The notes beneath the pieces are model-generated. The model was not told the origin of the DNA. It did no database searches and worked only from the letters and a program-made list of their open reading frames with translations. A stretch of DNA of 64,000 nucleotides. It comes from Nitrosopumilus sp. (GTDB taxonomy: Archaea; Thermoproteota; Nitrososphaeria; Nitrososphaerales; Nitrosopumilaceae). The stretch spans positions 1,248,001 through 1,312,000 of the forward strand of contig OZ252243.1 in NCBI GenBank assembly GCA_965249555.1. Direction: 5' to 3'. The position numbers and the translations under genes were made by a program. Positions within the stretch are counted from its first letter, which is position 1. Every line of letters begins with the position of its first letter. Below, piece by piece: positions 1 through 10,101 of the stretch.

Positions 1-898
1 TGGGTTCCTTTTGGTAGCCAAATCAGTCTAACATCTGGATTATCTGTCAAAAAGTCCTTGACCTTCTTTGATTTGTGCACTGATGCCCTGTCAAGTATCA
101 ACGCAGTTTTACCATATTTGTAGTGCAACTCTTTTAGATATTCTACAAATGTTATGCCGTTGAATTTTTTATAAATTCTAAACAGTTGGTCTCCATTGAT
201 TGTAATTGTTCCATATACTGCCAAACTTTCATGGTCTCCCACATATGGGAGAAATATTCTTTTGGCAACTGGTGACCAATATTTTCGTCCTGCTTTTACA
301 TCCCTAACAAAGAATGCCTCATCAAGCATTGCAATGGTGAATCCACTCTTTTTTAGGTGTGGAATTCTCTTTTTCATGCGTTGCTGCCCAGCTGCGCACA
401 TCTGTTACACTTGCATGATTGATGTGATATTTTTGTGCAGTTTTAGCAGACATTCCATACATTCCATACTGGCGCATTATTTTTCTGACATGTGTTGTGT
501 GAAATTTTATTCCAGTAGAATCAAATATTGTCTGCTACAGCATTACAGGTGTAAATAGTGTCAACATAATTTTGAACATAATACAATTCATTTGCTTCTT
601 TGGGATTACACATGGTCTTTCACTCCTTGGGTGATCGTATAGGCCATCTACGTTAAAACGATCAACCCATTTGCGTACCCAGTTTGTACAGCGGTATAGT
701 GTTTGTGCGGTGTGCTCTAATTCCTTGCCATCTTTGAGAACCATTAGTACTGCAAGCATCCTGACTATATCTTTGGAGTTTTCCTTTTTGTATGCTGCTT
801 CAAGCTGTTCTAACTTGTTCATGTGTTTCATTGTGTGTGGTGATCAAAAAGTCTTTTGTTTTGATGATTTTTAGTTCACGAACTTTGACTCTTCGCTA
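1..898 (-). mobile_element. IS630-family insertion sequence (frameshifted; runs off the left edge of the window)
   Basis: ORF 535..831 encodes an HTH N-terminus (RMLAVLMV...WVRKWVDRFN..GL.D.PRS.RP). The minus-strand frame 377..1 reads ...AMLDEAFF...VYGTIT...LILDRASVHKS...LIWLPKGT, an IS630 DDE domain. The end reads TA|TAGCGAAGAGTCAAAG at about 898-900, consistent with a TA target. Confidence 0.8.
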
Positions 899-1881
899 TA
901 TGTTGGCATTGACTTGCACAAGAAATTTCTTCAAGTAGCAACAATGGATAATGACGGAAAAATATTACAAAACATAAAAGTTGAGAACACTCATGAATCA
1001 ATCAGGAAACATTTTACAGACATACCAATTCATGCCAATATTGTCATGGAATCATCATCAGTCTGGTATGGCACGTATAGGTTTCTTACAGATGAATTAG
1101 GATACAAAAACGTAACACTCTCAAACCCGTATCTTACAAAGGCAATAGCTGCATCAAAAAAAACAGACAAGATTGATGCCAGGATACTGGCAGATCTTTT
1201 GCGCGGGGGATACATTGCAACATGCCATATTCCAAACAAAAAGATAGTAAAACATCGCCAGCTGGTAAGATACAGAAAAAAACTCGTTCAGTGGAGAACA
1301 TCTCTCAAAAATTCTGTTCATGGAATTTTGTTACAGGAGGGAATCAAGATACCAGGAGTCACGTTCACTGTAACATACAACAAAAGACTTACCTCCCTGG
1401 GTGACTATCGCATAGATGGATTTGTACGACAGATAAGCCATCTTAATCTGCAAATTGAAGATATTAATTCAAGAGTGTATGCTGCCGTAAAGACCAGTCC
1501 TGATGCCATGATAATAAAATCAATACCAGGAATTGGTGACTAATCACTAGTTATTGCAGCAGAAATTGCAAATATTAGCAGATTCAACAACTCTCACAAG
1601 TTATGCGCATATGCAGGAGTCGTGCCATCAGTCAGAAATTCTGTAGATTACATCATGGCCGTATAACCAAAAGAGGAAGCATGACACTACGATGGGTTCT
1701 TGTCCAATGTGTCTATGTCCATACACTACATGCCAAGAACAGTGACATTACAAAATTTTACAATCGCATTAAGAAAAAGAGAGGCTCATCAAAAGATGTA
1801 GTTGCTGCATCATCCCAGATTCTGCGAGTGATTTACTGGATGCTAAAAGAGAGGAGAGAATTTGTACAGAATTACAGTTAG
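899..1881 (+). pseudogene. IS110-family recombinase/transposase pseudogene
   Basis: Reads YVGIDLHKK...VMES...KKTDKIDA..LA (DEDD RuvC domain), then SIPGIGD* with an in-frame TAA at 1541. It continues IAAEIANISRF...LCAYAGVVPSVRNS, frameshifts near 1650, and ends GRITKRGS..LRWVL. The start codon has been removed by the IS630. Confidence 0.9.
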
Positions 1882-2090
1882 GACTTCAAGTCGCGTTAAG
1901 CATGTTGAGGGACAAGCCTCGTCTGTTTAACTGCGAATAGTCCTAACGAAGGGATGAAGATAGCATTGAGGTTAAAGCCTCGTATGGATACATGTCCGTC
2001 ATCTTTTGATTGAAAGCATTCCCTAGCGAAGGCTATGCCTTGGGATGCAAAAAAGTGGGAAATGTATAAAAACAATTCACATGGATAATC
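1877..2090 (+). ncRNA. Structured non-coding right end of IS110; candidate bridge/seek RNA
   Basis: Three consecutive stem-loops (1877-1947, ~1949-2007, ~2016-2048). The first two share the motif AGCAT(GT)TGAGG-N3-AAG-CCTCGT. Confidence 0.6.
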
Positions 2091-2210
2091 ATATTAGATC
2101 TGTTTCAGCACCCGAAAGTAAACACGAAGAATTTTGTGATCTAACCCACGCAGATTACTCAGAACTAACATGGTTCATATTTATTAACCTTGTATAGGTC
2201 AATGTATGAT

Positions 2211-2351
2211 ATGAATCAAGATAGAATTAATTGGGATGAAAAGGCAGCTAAGGCTTTTGCCCGTCATGAATTGGATTTGGAACGAAAGTTTGAGAAAGAA
2301 GACACAAATGTAAATATATCCTCAATAGATGAGTTATTGAGTGACAATTGA
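2211..2351 (+). CDS. Small acidic protein (46 aa), antitoxin-like
   Basis: MNQDRINWDEKAAKAF...ISSIDELLSDN; overlaps the start of a downstream degenerate ORF. Confidence 0.4.
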   Translation: MNQDRINWDEKAAKAFARHELDLERKFEKEDTNVNISSIDELLSDN

Positions 2352-2658
2352 AACTATTTGGAAAAGGAACTTTGATAGAGAGTTCAAAGTAACATTTCAG
2401 TTTCTATTACGTACAGATCAAGAATTAATCTGGGATGCAACTACAAAAATTTCTAATGCTAAAAATCCAAGAACAGTTTATCCACATGCATAATGTACTG
2501 CAGTTAGAAATCATATAATATGCAAGATTGAAGAAGAATACATCCTAGCTTTTAAAATAAAATAACAAGACAAACAAATTCACTTTATAGAATTTTACAG
2601 TTCACTACCAAGTAACAAAATGAATGTTACAAAACTACATTCAACTTACCAACTTTAG
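2341..2658 (+). pseudogene. Degenerate ORF, possibly RelE/ParE-like toxin
   Basis: GTG start: TIETIWKRNFDREFK...NPR...ICKIEEEYILAFKIK, with in-frame stops at 2491 and 2563. Confidence 0.3.
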
Positions 2659-2739
2659 GAGGCTTCTTCTTCGGGAGTTATGTTTAGTTACACACTTTAT
2701 GTTTGCATCTTGGGACTCGATAAGTGTAGTAATACATAA

Positions 2740-2814
2740 CGGGCCCAAAGGGCTTCGATCCCTTGACTTTTGGATTAGAAGTCCAACACGCTATCCATGC
2801 TGCGTCATAGGCCC
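2740..2814 (-). tRNA. tRNA-Arg(TCT)
   Basis: Cloverleaf GGGCCTA...TTGGA-CTTCTAA-TCCAA...TGGGCCC. Confidence 0.95.
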
Positions 2815-2847
2815 AAAAACCTAGCAATTAATTACCATTTTAAGGGT

Positions 2848-3711
2848 TTACAGCCACTTTTTTTGGTAATTTTCTCTTTCCATTTTGAAGAGAAATTGTT
2901 GTGCATATCCTGCATATGGACCAAAATGATTTACAATTTTTTCATGAAGAATATCATATTGTTTTTTTGTAATTGTCTTTGTCTCAAGTTGAAATTCATT
3001 AAAAAAATATTTTTCTAAAATTCTAATCATCCATCTATCTAATGGAAATGCCTCCAATTTGTTTAACGAAAATAACATTACGCAATCTGCAACTTTATTC
3101 CCAACCCCTGGAATAGAACAAATACTCTCCCTAGTCTCAAAATAATCCGATTTTTTTAAACTCTCAAAATCTATTTTTTTTAAAAAAATTATATTTGCAG
3201 CTTCTTTGATAAATTTAGCTCTGTATCCTACACCGCAATCTTTAATTTCATTAATTGATGCTTTGGCAAGTTTCTTTGGTGTAGGAAATAAAAAAAATTC
3301 TTGATTTTCAAACTCGACCTCTGTCCCAAACTTTCTTGATATCTTTTCAAGACTAGTTTTTATTTTTTGAATATTAGAATTCGAAGATACAATAAATGAA
3401 ATCAAACATTGAAAAGGATCTTGTTTGAGAATTCTTAAACCAAGATATTTTTTTACAGCCTTTCTAGTTGTACTGTCTTTTGAAATTGACTTTATTATTT
3501 GCTCCATATTGTCTTTTTTTCTAAAAAAATCTGTTTTTGTATTCTGATATGATTTGATGCTTCCAGAACTGGCAACCCTTAGAATATCTTGGCCATTTAC
3601 CCCATACCAATAATCTCCATTTTTTCTCCAAAGAAATACCTGACCACTGTTTATTGAAATTTCTACATTTATTGCATTGTTGTTTTGCATTTTAGACAGT
3701 AATTGTATCAT
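2848..3711 (-). CDS. 8-oxoguanine DNA glycosylase/AP lyase (OGG1-like)
   Basis: SGQVFLW, QDPFQCLISFIVSSN and HhH-GPD motif IPGVGNKVADC...FPLD. Confidence 0.88.
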   Translation of the reverse strand: MIQLLSKMQNNNAINVEISINSGQVFLWRKNGDYWYGVNGQDILRVASSGSIKSYQNTKTDFFRKKDNMEQIIKSISKDSTTRKAVKKYLGLRILKQDPFQCLISFIVSSNSNIQKIKTSLEKISRKFGTEVEFENQEFFLFPTPKKLAKASINEIKDCGVGYRAKFIKEAANIIFLKKIDFESLKKSDYFETRESICSIPGVGNKVADCVMLFSLNKLEAFPLDRWMIRILEKYFFNEFQLETKTITKKQYDILHEKIVNHFGPYAGYAQQFLFKMERENYQKKWL

Positions 3712-4957
3712 TTACTGCAGGGGCATATGTTTCTAAACCAAATTTTTCATGAATTTCTTTAGCAAACATTTCACATGATTCAGAATCTCCATGAACTGTC
3801 CATACCTTTGGATTTCCTTTGATTTTTTTAATCATGCCAAACAATTCATTTCTATCTGCATGACCTGAAAACTCAAACTGTTTTACCTCTGCTGAAACAT
3901 TGACGTCTTTACCTCTTGTTGATACCTTTCCTGTTTCAAGTAATTTTTTACCTGGTGTGCCTTCACCTTGATACGATACTAGGGCAATTCCATTTTTATC
4001 ATTAAATGCCAAGTGCTGTAAATAAAATACAGCATTTCCTCCAACTAACATTCCCGCAGGTGAGATTACTACACAAGGCTCCCCCATTGCACGTTTTCTT
4101 TCAGCATGTTCCCTTATTGCAGTTGCACTGTTTATTGCCTCTGAAAAAATTTTAGGATCTCTTAGATAATCTGGATGTCTAAACATTATTTCATTTACTT
4201 TTAGTGCCATTCCATCCATGATAATTCTATGTTTGAAATTTACACTCTTTAAAATACATGCAATCTCTTGAGAGCGTTCAACTGAAAATGATGGAATAAA
4301 CAATATTCCTTTCCTATCCATCACTTCGTTTGCAAATTCAATTAACTCCTTTTCTGATTCTCTCCTAGGTTTTTGTTCTGTTTTGGCATATGTGCTTTCA
4401 GTAATCAGTAAATCAATTTCCCCAATGTCCAAATCCATCTCTCGAAGCATTCTTGAACCATTTGTTTTGATATCTCCTGTATAGAAGAGTCGTTTTTTCT
4501 CTGACTCTACCAAAACAGTACTACCTCCAATTACATGTCCTGATTCTCTTAATTCAAAAGTTGCATTTCCCTTGGTAACTTTTTGTTTAAATCCAGTTTC
4601 CTTAGCATTTTTCATCATATTGTTTAGTTCAGGCAGATCAAATGGATGTGAGTTCTTTTCGATTTTTAGCATATCTTCAATCAATAACTTTGACAGATCA
4701 AAAGTTGGAGGTGTGGCATAGACGTCAGTATTTCCACTTACAAAAAGGGATGGAACATTTCCTGAATGATCTAAATGAGCATGAGTAATTATGATTGCAT
4801 CAAGATCTTTTGGTTTTACATGAAGTGGATATCCTGGAGGTGTTCCCCTTCTACCAAATAATACCCCATAATCCAGCAAGAGATTTGTTCCATTACAATT
4901 AACTAAAAAACCCGATCTGCCAACTTCGTTTGCAGCTCCTAAAACTTTAACATCCAA
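3692..4957 (-). CDS. MBL-fold beta-CASP ribonuclease (aCPSF2-like)
   Basis: GAANEVGRS, THAHLDHSG, GHVIG, YTGD, ESTY and FSGHAD motifs. Confidence 0.9.
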   Translation of the reverse strand: MDVKVLGAANEVGRSGFLVNCNGTNLLLDYGVLFGRRGTPPGYPLHVKPKDLDAIIITHAHLDHSGNVPSLFVSGNTDVYATPPTFDLSKLLIEDMLKIEKNSHPFDLPELNNMMKNAKETGFKQKVTKGNATFELRESGHVIGGSTVLVESEKKRLFYTGDIKTNGSRMLREMDLDIGEIDLLITESTYAKTEQKPRRESEKELIEFANEVMDRKGILFIPSFSVERSQEIACILKSVNFKHRIIMDGMALKVNEIMFRHPDYLRDPKIFSEAINSATAIREHAERKRAMGEPCVVISPAGMLVGGNAVFYLQHLAFNDKNGIALVSYQGEGTPGKKLLETGKVSTRGKDVNVSAEVKQFEFSGHADRNELFGMIKKIKGNPKVWTVHGDSESCEMFAKEIHEKFGLETYAPAVNDTITV

Positions 4958-5069
4958 GAATTAAGATAAATTTTAATCAACGTTAAAACCTTGTTAGAGC
5001 AATCCGATCATTATACTTATTATAGAATCTACAAAAGCTTTAATTAGTGTAAGCTAAGATCCGATCCTC

Positions 5070-5282
5070 ATGGGAAGAAGTTATACAGAATGGTTAGCCT
5101 TGCAAGATCAAGCACTCGTTTCTAAGACACGTGCTGGTGACGAAGCAAACAAACCCCTCTTAAACCAACTCAATTGGATCTGGGTTAACAATCTTATGAA
5201 TAAGAAAGCAGACCTTAATCCATCTTCTGCAGAATTACTTGACTGGGTTACTTCTGGTCAAATAGACGCAATGAGAAAATAA
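5070..5282 (+). CDS. Hypothetical protein (70 aa)
   Basis: Clean ORF with TTTAATTA box at 5039 and a hairpin/T-tract terminator after it. Confidence 0.75.
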   Translation: MGRSYTEWLALQDQALVSKTRAGDEANKPLLNQLNWIWVNNLMNKKADLNPSSAELLDWVTSGQIDAMRK

Positions 5283-5422
5283 ACGTGCAAATCACGTTAT
5301 CTTTTTGTTTTTTAAATTTTCAAATCTGATTTTTGCGCATATTTTTTACTCGATCAATTTCATAACAGGGTTATGAATTTCAATCATGGTTTAAATAGTC
5401 ATCAAGCAATCTTAATTTTGTT

Positions 5423-5725
5423 ATGCCAATAGCAATACTTCCAGACATTGATGAACAAAGATGTATCGGATGTGCACTATGTGTAGAAATCTGTACAACT
5501 CTTGGTCCAGATGTCCTTAGAGTAAAACCAGTTGAAGGCTGGAAGAGAGGTAAAGCATTTGTATTTTATCCAGAAAGATGTATTTCTGATGGTGCATGCA
5601 TCGGTGTATGCCCAACAAAATCAATCTTTTGGATGAGACCAATGAATTATACTGCTGGACAACCAGTTCCTCTTCACAAAAACGGTGTCTTCATCAAAGG
5701 TTGGGCAGAAGACGCAGCACTATAA
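5423..5725 (+). CDS. 4Fe-4S dicluster ferredoxin
   Basis: CIGCALCVEIC and CISDGACIGVCP. Confidence 0.92.
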   Translation: MPIAILPDIDEQRCIGCALCVEICTTLGPDVLRVKPVEGWKRGKAFVFYPERCISDGACIGVCPTKSIFWMRPMNYTAGQPVPLHKNGVFIKGWAEDAAL

Positions 5726-5763
5726 GCTGAATCTTTTAGCACATTCTTTTTTCTTATTTTTAA

Positions 5764-7287
5764 TTAAACAAAAGATTTCTTCTTGATTTTTTTTGGTAGT
5801 GTTTTTACAAAATGTTTCAAGAATTTGTCATTTTTATCATAATGAATTTCTGAAAACTTGTTGTTACCAAAGAAATCTTTCCATGTCTTTTCAAATGTAG
5901 GGAATTCTTTTGGATCAAAATCTATCCTAGAAGTTTCATGGTGTGCTGCTGGAAAAATATCTGAAATCTCAATTGGAATTAATCCTAACTGTGGGTTATA
6001 TTGGCATACCTGTATTGAATCAAAATCCTTGAGTTTTCTTTCTAGTTCGATATATTGATGAGACAAATATCCTGGTTTTGAATTTGACTCTCTGGTGATG
6101 ACTAGTTTCTTTTTCTTTGATTTGAATTTTCTAACCATATTGTGATATGCTTGAACCTCTGGACGAAATTGATCTTCTTTATCGTATAGAAAAACAGCTT
6201 TTTCTTTGAACTTTGGTGTAGTCACACTAAAAAATTCATAATTATTTGTCATGACTTCAATCATTTCAAATAACTTGGGATGTGCCCTTGCCTTTTTCAT
6301 TACATATTCCCATAATCTTCCTTCATGGATTGCCTGCTTTACCTTGTCGACTTCAAGTTTTATTGCATGGAGATTATGAATTGCTAACTGATTGATTTTT
6401 TCAGTTACTTCAAGCTGGCGTAATTCATCAGGAGTATATTTTGAACATACTTCACAATTACATGGAAATACAACAATATCAGACAAATATCGTGTACCAT
6501 CATCTGTGATGTATCTCTGATGTTTGGCATAAAGCATGTAGGATGCTGAATCAAATGTATCGCATCCCAAAGCTACTGCAAATGGTATTGTTAGCGGGTG
6601 TCCTGCTCCAAAAAGATGTAAAGGAATAGAATGTGGCATTTGTTTTTTTGCAGCTACAATCATCTGTGCTAGTAATCTATACTCATATGACTCCATAAAT
6701 TCAACTGGACTTCCTAAAGCCAACATCTGAAAACCAATATCTACCAACTTTTTTGTTGACTTTGCAACAAGTTCAAAATGTTCCCCTCCTTGAATCGGAC
6801 CAATCCAAATTTGACCATTATCTTCACTGTCATCAAGTGTCTGCTTTGATACTTTGAGAGTATGCTTAACATATGCTTCTGCTTTTTTTAATGGTAGTCC
6901 AAATCCTGTTGGTTTATCAAGTGGAATCGCAAAATCAGTCAAGATTCCTTTTTCAAAATTTGCCATCTCTGGTGGTGAAACTTTTACATCGCCATATTCT
7001 AAAACTTGGTACCCACCAGAATCCGTCATGATTGCACCATCAAAATCTATAATTTTATGAATTCCTTTTTTTACAGCTTCATCACCATAATTATTTCTGG
7101 TAATGTATGCATTTGTAATTACTAAGTCAAAACCAATTGCTTGAATTTTTTTTGATGGTATTGTTTGCTTTACTGGATGAATAACGGGAATGTATGCTGG
7201 TGTCTCAATCTTTCCATGATTAGTATGTAGAGTACCTATTCTTCCTGCTAAATCAGTTTTAGAAATTTCAAACAAGTAATTACACAA
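5764..7287 (-). CDS. tgtA: tRNA-guanine(15) transglycosylase (archaeosine TGT)
   Basis: TDSGGYQ, PIQGG, HLFGAGHP, GCDTFDSASY, CNCEVC. Confidence 0.93.
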   Translation of the reverse strand: MCNYLFEISKTDLAGRIGTLHTNHGKIETPAYIPVIHPVKQTIPSKKIQAIGFDLVITNAYITRNNYGDEAVKKGIHKIIDFDGAIMTDSGGYQVLEYGDVKVSPPEMANFEKGILTDFAIPLDKPTGFGLPLKKAEAYVKHTLKVSKQTLDDSEDNGQIWIGPIQGGEHFELVAKSTKKLVDIGFQMLALGSPVEFMESYEYRLLAQMIVAAKKQMPHSIPLHLFGAGHPLTIPFAVALGCDTFDSASYMLYAKHQRYITDDGTRYLSDIVVFPCNCEVCSKYTPDELRQLEVTEKINQLAIHNLHAIKLEVDKVKQAIHEGRLWEYVMKKARAHPKLFEMIEVMTNNYEFFSVTTPKFKEKAVFLYDKEDQFRPEVQAYHNMVRKFKSKKKKLVITRESNSKPGYLSHQYIELERKLKDFDSIQVCQYNPQLGLIPIEISDIFPAAHHETSRIDFDPKEFPTFEKTWKDFFGNNKFSEIHYDKNDKFLKHFVKTLPKKIKKKSFV

Positions 7288-7306
7288 ACTTAAAGGCGTT
7301 ATTTAA

Positions 7307-7864
7307 TCAATCAGAAAAAAACTTTTTCAAATCATTATTTTTTGTAACCAAATCAAGCCAGTCTACTTCCTCATTACCTATGTTGCTGGAAATTAGGGTT
7401 GTCACTTTTTCTACTACTTCTTGAATGCTTTTGCCACTAGTGTTAATTTGGAATGCCTTTTCTTGGAATTTGCTCATTACATCATGTGCAATAATACCCA
7501 ATACTTCACTACCTAAATTTTCTCTACTTTTCTCATCTGTGTATTTCCTTTCTTTGTATACTGAGATCAAATCATAAGGGCTTTTTCTCAAAACAATCAT
7601 TATCTTTACCATAATTTTATCTAAAACATAAGGTGCTAAATGGCCTACAATCACATTTTTCTCTGAAATTTTTTGCTCAAGGATTTTTTCTAGTTTTACA
7701 GTATCTACATCGTTTGTATCCTTATTTTTTTCAAATAATCCTGCATCTCTTGCTATGTTATTAATATCAATTATGGATAGTTCGAGCTTTTCAGCAATTT
7801 TCTGCGTAATAGTGTGTTTTCCAACTCCTGGATTTCCAGTAATTACAATTGACATGTTATACAA
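7307..7864 (-). CDS. Adenylate kinase AK6/Fap7-like NTPase
   Basis: ITGNPGVGK P-loop; IVGHLA motif. Confidence 0.82.
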   Translation of the reverse strand: MYNMSIVITGNPGVGKHTITQKIAEKLELSIIDINNIARDAGLFEKNKDTNDVDTVKLEKILEQKISEKNVIVGHLAPYVLDKIMVKIMIVLRKSPYDLISVYKERKYTDEKSRENLGSEVLGIIAHDVMSKFQEKAFQINTSGKSIQEVVEKVTTLISSNIGNEEVDWLDLVTKNNDLKKFFSD

Positions 7865-7919
7865 TCACAATAAACTGCATTAAACGATTTCTGTAATACT
7901 AATAAGTAGAACTGAATTT

Positions 7920-9116
7920 TTGACTATATTGCAAATTGGTTTACTAGGTAAAGCAAATGTTGGAAAATCCACATTTTTTTCAGCTGCAACTGAAACTCCT
8001 GCCGCATCTGGTAATTTCCCTTTTACAACAATTGAACCAAATGTTGGTGTGGCTTATGTTAAAGCTGATTGTGCTTGCAAACATTTTGGTATACAACATG
8101 AAAATGAATTATGTGCTAATGGCATTCGTTTTATTCCAGTTAAACTCATTGACATTGCAGGATTGGTTCCAGGTGCACATGAAGGAAAGGGATTAGGAAA
8201 TCAATTTCTTGATGATGCACGACAAGCTGAAGTTTTGATTCATGTAGTTGACATTGCTGGTAGTACTGATATTCAAGGACAACCAGTTCCAGTTGGGACA
8301 CATGACCCTCTAGAAGATGTTGTATTTGTTCAAGATGAATTTGATCAATGGTTTGCAGATATTCTCAAAAGAGAATGGGATAGGATTACCCGTGAAATAG
8401 ATCAGAAAAGAGCCAAACTTACTGATGGCATTGCAAAACGATTTTCTGGATTAGGTATTAAAGACTATCAAGTACATGTAGTGTTACAAAAACTAGGTCT
8501 TATTTCTAGAAATCCTAAAGAGTGGGAAGATTCTGATATCCAAACTTTTGTTAAAGAATTAAGAAAAAATACAAAACCAATGATTATTGCTGCAAATAAA
8601 GCAGATCTATGTCACGATCTTGATATTCTTAAAAAAATTCCAGATCCTGTAATTCCTTGTAGTGCCGAAACTGAATTACTTTTACGAAAAGCATCAAAAG
8701 CAGGAATTGTAGATTATTCTTCAGGAGATGAAGGTTTTAAAATAATTGAAGGAAAAGAAATTCTACCTCCTCAACAAAAAGCACTAGATTTGGTAAAGTA
8801 TGTATTTTCTAAAATCCCATCTACTGGAATTCAGAAAATTCTAAACACTGCCGTTTTTGATTCTCTGAGCTTTATTGTTGTATACCCTGTAGAAGATGAA
8901 ACTAAACTAACCAATAAAGATGGCATCATTTTACCTGATACAAAATTACTTCCACAGGATTCTACTGCAAAAGATTTGGCAGTTTTAATTCATGCCGATA
9001 TTGCTAAGGGATTCTTACATGCAATTGATTGTAAAACTAAACAAAGAATCAGTGGTGATCAAAAACTCAAAAATGGCGATGTGATCAAAATTGTATCCAC
9101 GTTAAGTAGGGGCTAA
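7920..9116 (+). CDS. ychF: Obg-family YchF-like ATPase/GTPase with TGS domain
   Basis: GKANVGKST, FPFTTIEPN, DIAGLVPGAHEGKGLGNQFL, NKAD. Confidence 0.92.
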   Translation: MTILQIGLLGKANVGKSTFFSAATETPAASGNFPFTTIEPNVGVAYVKADCACKHFGIQHENELCANGIRFIPVKLIDIAGLVPGAHEGKGLGNQFLDDARQAEVLIHVVDIAGSTDIQGQPVPVGTHDPLEDVVFVQDEFDQWFADILKREWDRITREIDQKRAKLTDGIAKRFSGLGIKDYQVHVVLQKLGLISRNPKEWEDSDIQTFVKELRKNTKPMIIAANKADLCHDLDILKKIPDPVIPCSAETELLLRKASKAGIVDYSSGDEGFKIIEGKEILPPQQKALDLVKYVFSKIPSTGIQKILNTAVFDSLSFIVVYPVEDETKLTNKDGIILPDTKLLPQDSTAKDLAVLIHADIAKGFLHAIDCKTKQRISGDQKLKNGDVIKIVSTLSRG

Positions 9117-9117
9117 C

Positions 9118-10101
9118 ATGTTAGGCTTAGGAATTGAAAGTACAGCACATACATTTTCTTGCGCTATAATTGAAAAAAAAGGAAAGCAAGGAAGGATTCT
9201 TTCTGATGTCCGAAAAATTTATCGTCCTGCAAAAGGAGAGGGAATTCATCCAAGAGAAGCATCACGTCATCATATTGAGAATAGTTCTTCAGTATTGTTT
9301 GAATGTCTTAGGGAGGCAAATATTACAATCAAAGATCTAGATCTTATTTCTTATGCTGCAGGTCCAGGATTAGGTCCATGTTTGCGTGTTGGTGCAGTTG
9401 TTGCAAGGTCTTTAGCCTCTTTTTATAAAATTCCAATTTATCCTGTCAACCATGCAATTGGTCATATTGAATTAGGAAAGTTACTTACAGGTGCAACAAA
9501 TCCTTTGGTACTTTTAGTATCTGGAGGACATACTATGCTTTTGGCATTTCTTAACAAACAGTGGAGAGTTTTTGGTGAGACTTTAGATATTACATTGGGT
9601 CAATTACTTGACCAATTTGGAAGATCTATTGGATTTGCTTCTCCATGTGGAAAAAATATAGAAGAGTTAGCATCTGCATCTTCTAATTATGTTACATTGC
9701 CATATTCCGTAAAAGGAAATGATGTTTCTTTTTCAGGTTTATTGTCTGCTACAAAATCCGTTGCAAAGAAAAGTAAAGTAGATGCATGTTATTCACTTCA
9801 AGAAACTGCTTTTGCAATGATTAGCGAGGTAGTGGAGCGTGCCTTGTCATTTACTAGCAAAAAAGAATTATTGATAGTAGGTGGTGTTGCAGCTAACAAA
9901 AGATTATCTGAAATGCTTCATGATGTATGTAAACGACATGGATGTAAGTTCTTTGCAGTTCCATTGCAATATGCAGGAGACTGCGGAAGTCAAATATGTT
10001 GGACTGGGCTTTTAGAATCACAAGTCAAGCAAGGTGTTTTACTCAAAGATACTTTGGTTACACAGTCTTGGAGATTAGATTCAGTTAAAGTAGATTATTG
10101 A
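9118..10101 (+). CDS. kae1: KEOPS t6A synthase Kae1
   Basis: GIESTAHT, GIHPREA, NHAIGHIE, VSGGHT, GGVAAN. Confidence 0.95.
   Translation: MLGLGIESTAHTFSCAIIEKKGKQGRILSDVRKIYRPAKGEGIHPREASRHHIENSSSVLFECLREANITIKDLDLISYAAGPGLGPCLRVGAVVARSLASFYKIPIYPVNHAIGHIELGKLLTGATNPLVLLVSGGHTMLLAFLNKQWRVFGETLDITLGQLLDQFGRSIGFASPCGKNIEELASASSNYVTLPYSVKGNDVSFSGLLSATKSVAKKSKVDACYSLQETAFAMISEVVERALSFTSKKELLIVGGVAANKRLSEMLHDVCKRHGCKFFAVPLQYAGDCGSQICWTGLLESQVKQGVLLKDTLVTQSWRLDSVKVDY

Noticed and set aside
2624-3018. ORFs 2624..2824 and 2797..3018 (and similarly 46617..46832)
   Set aside because: They overlap tRNA genes or lie antisense to real genes.
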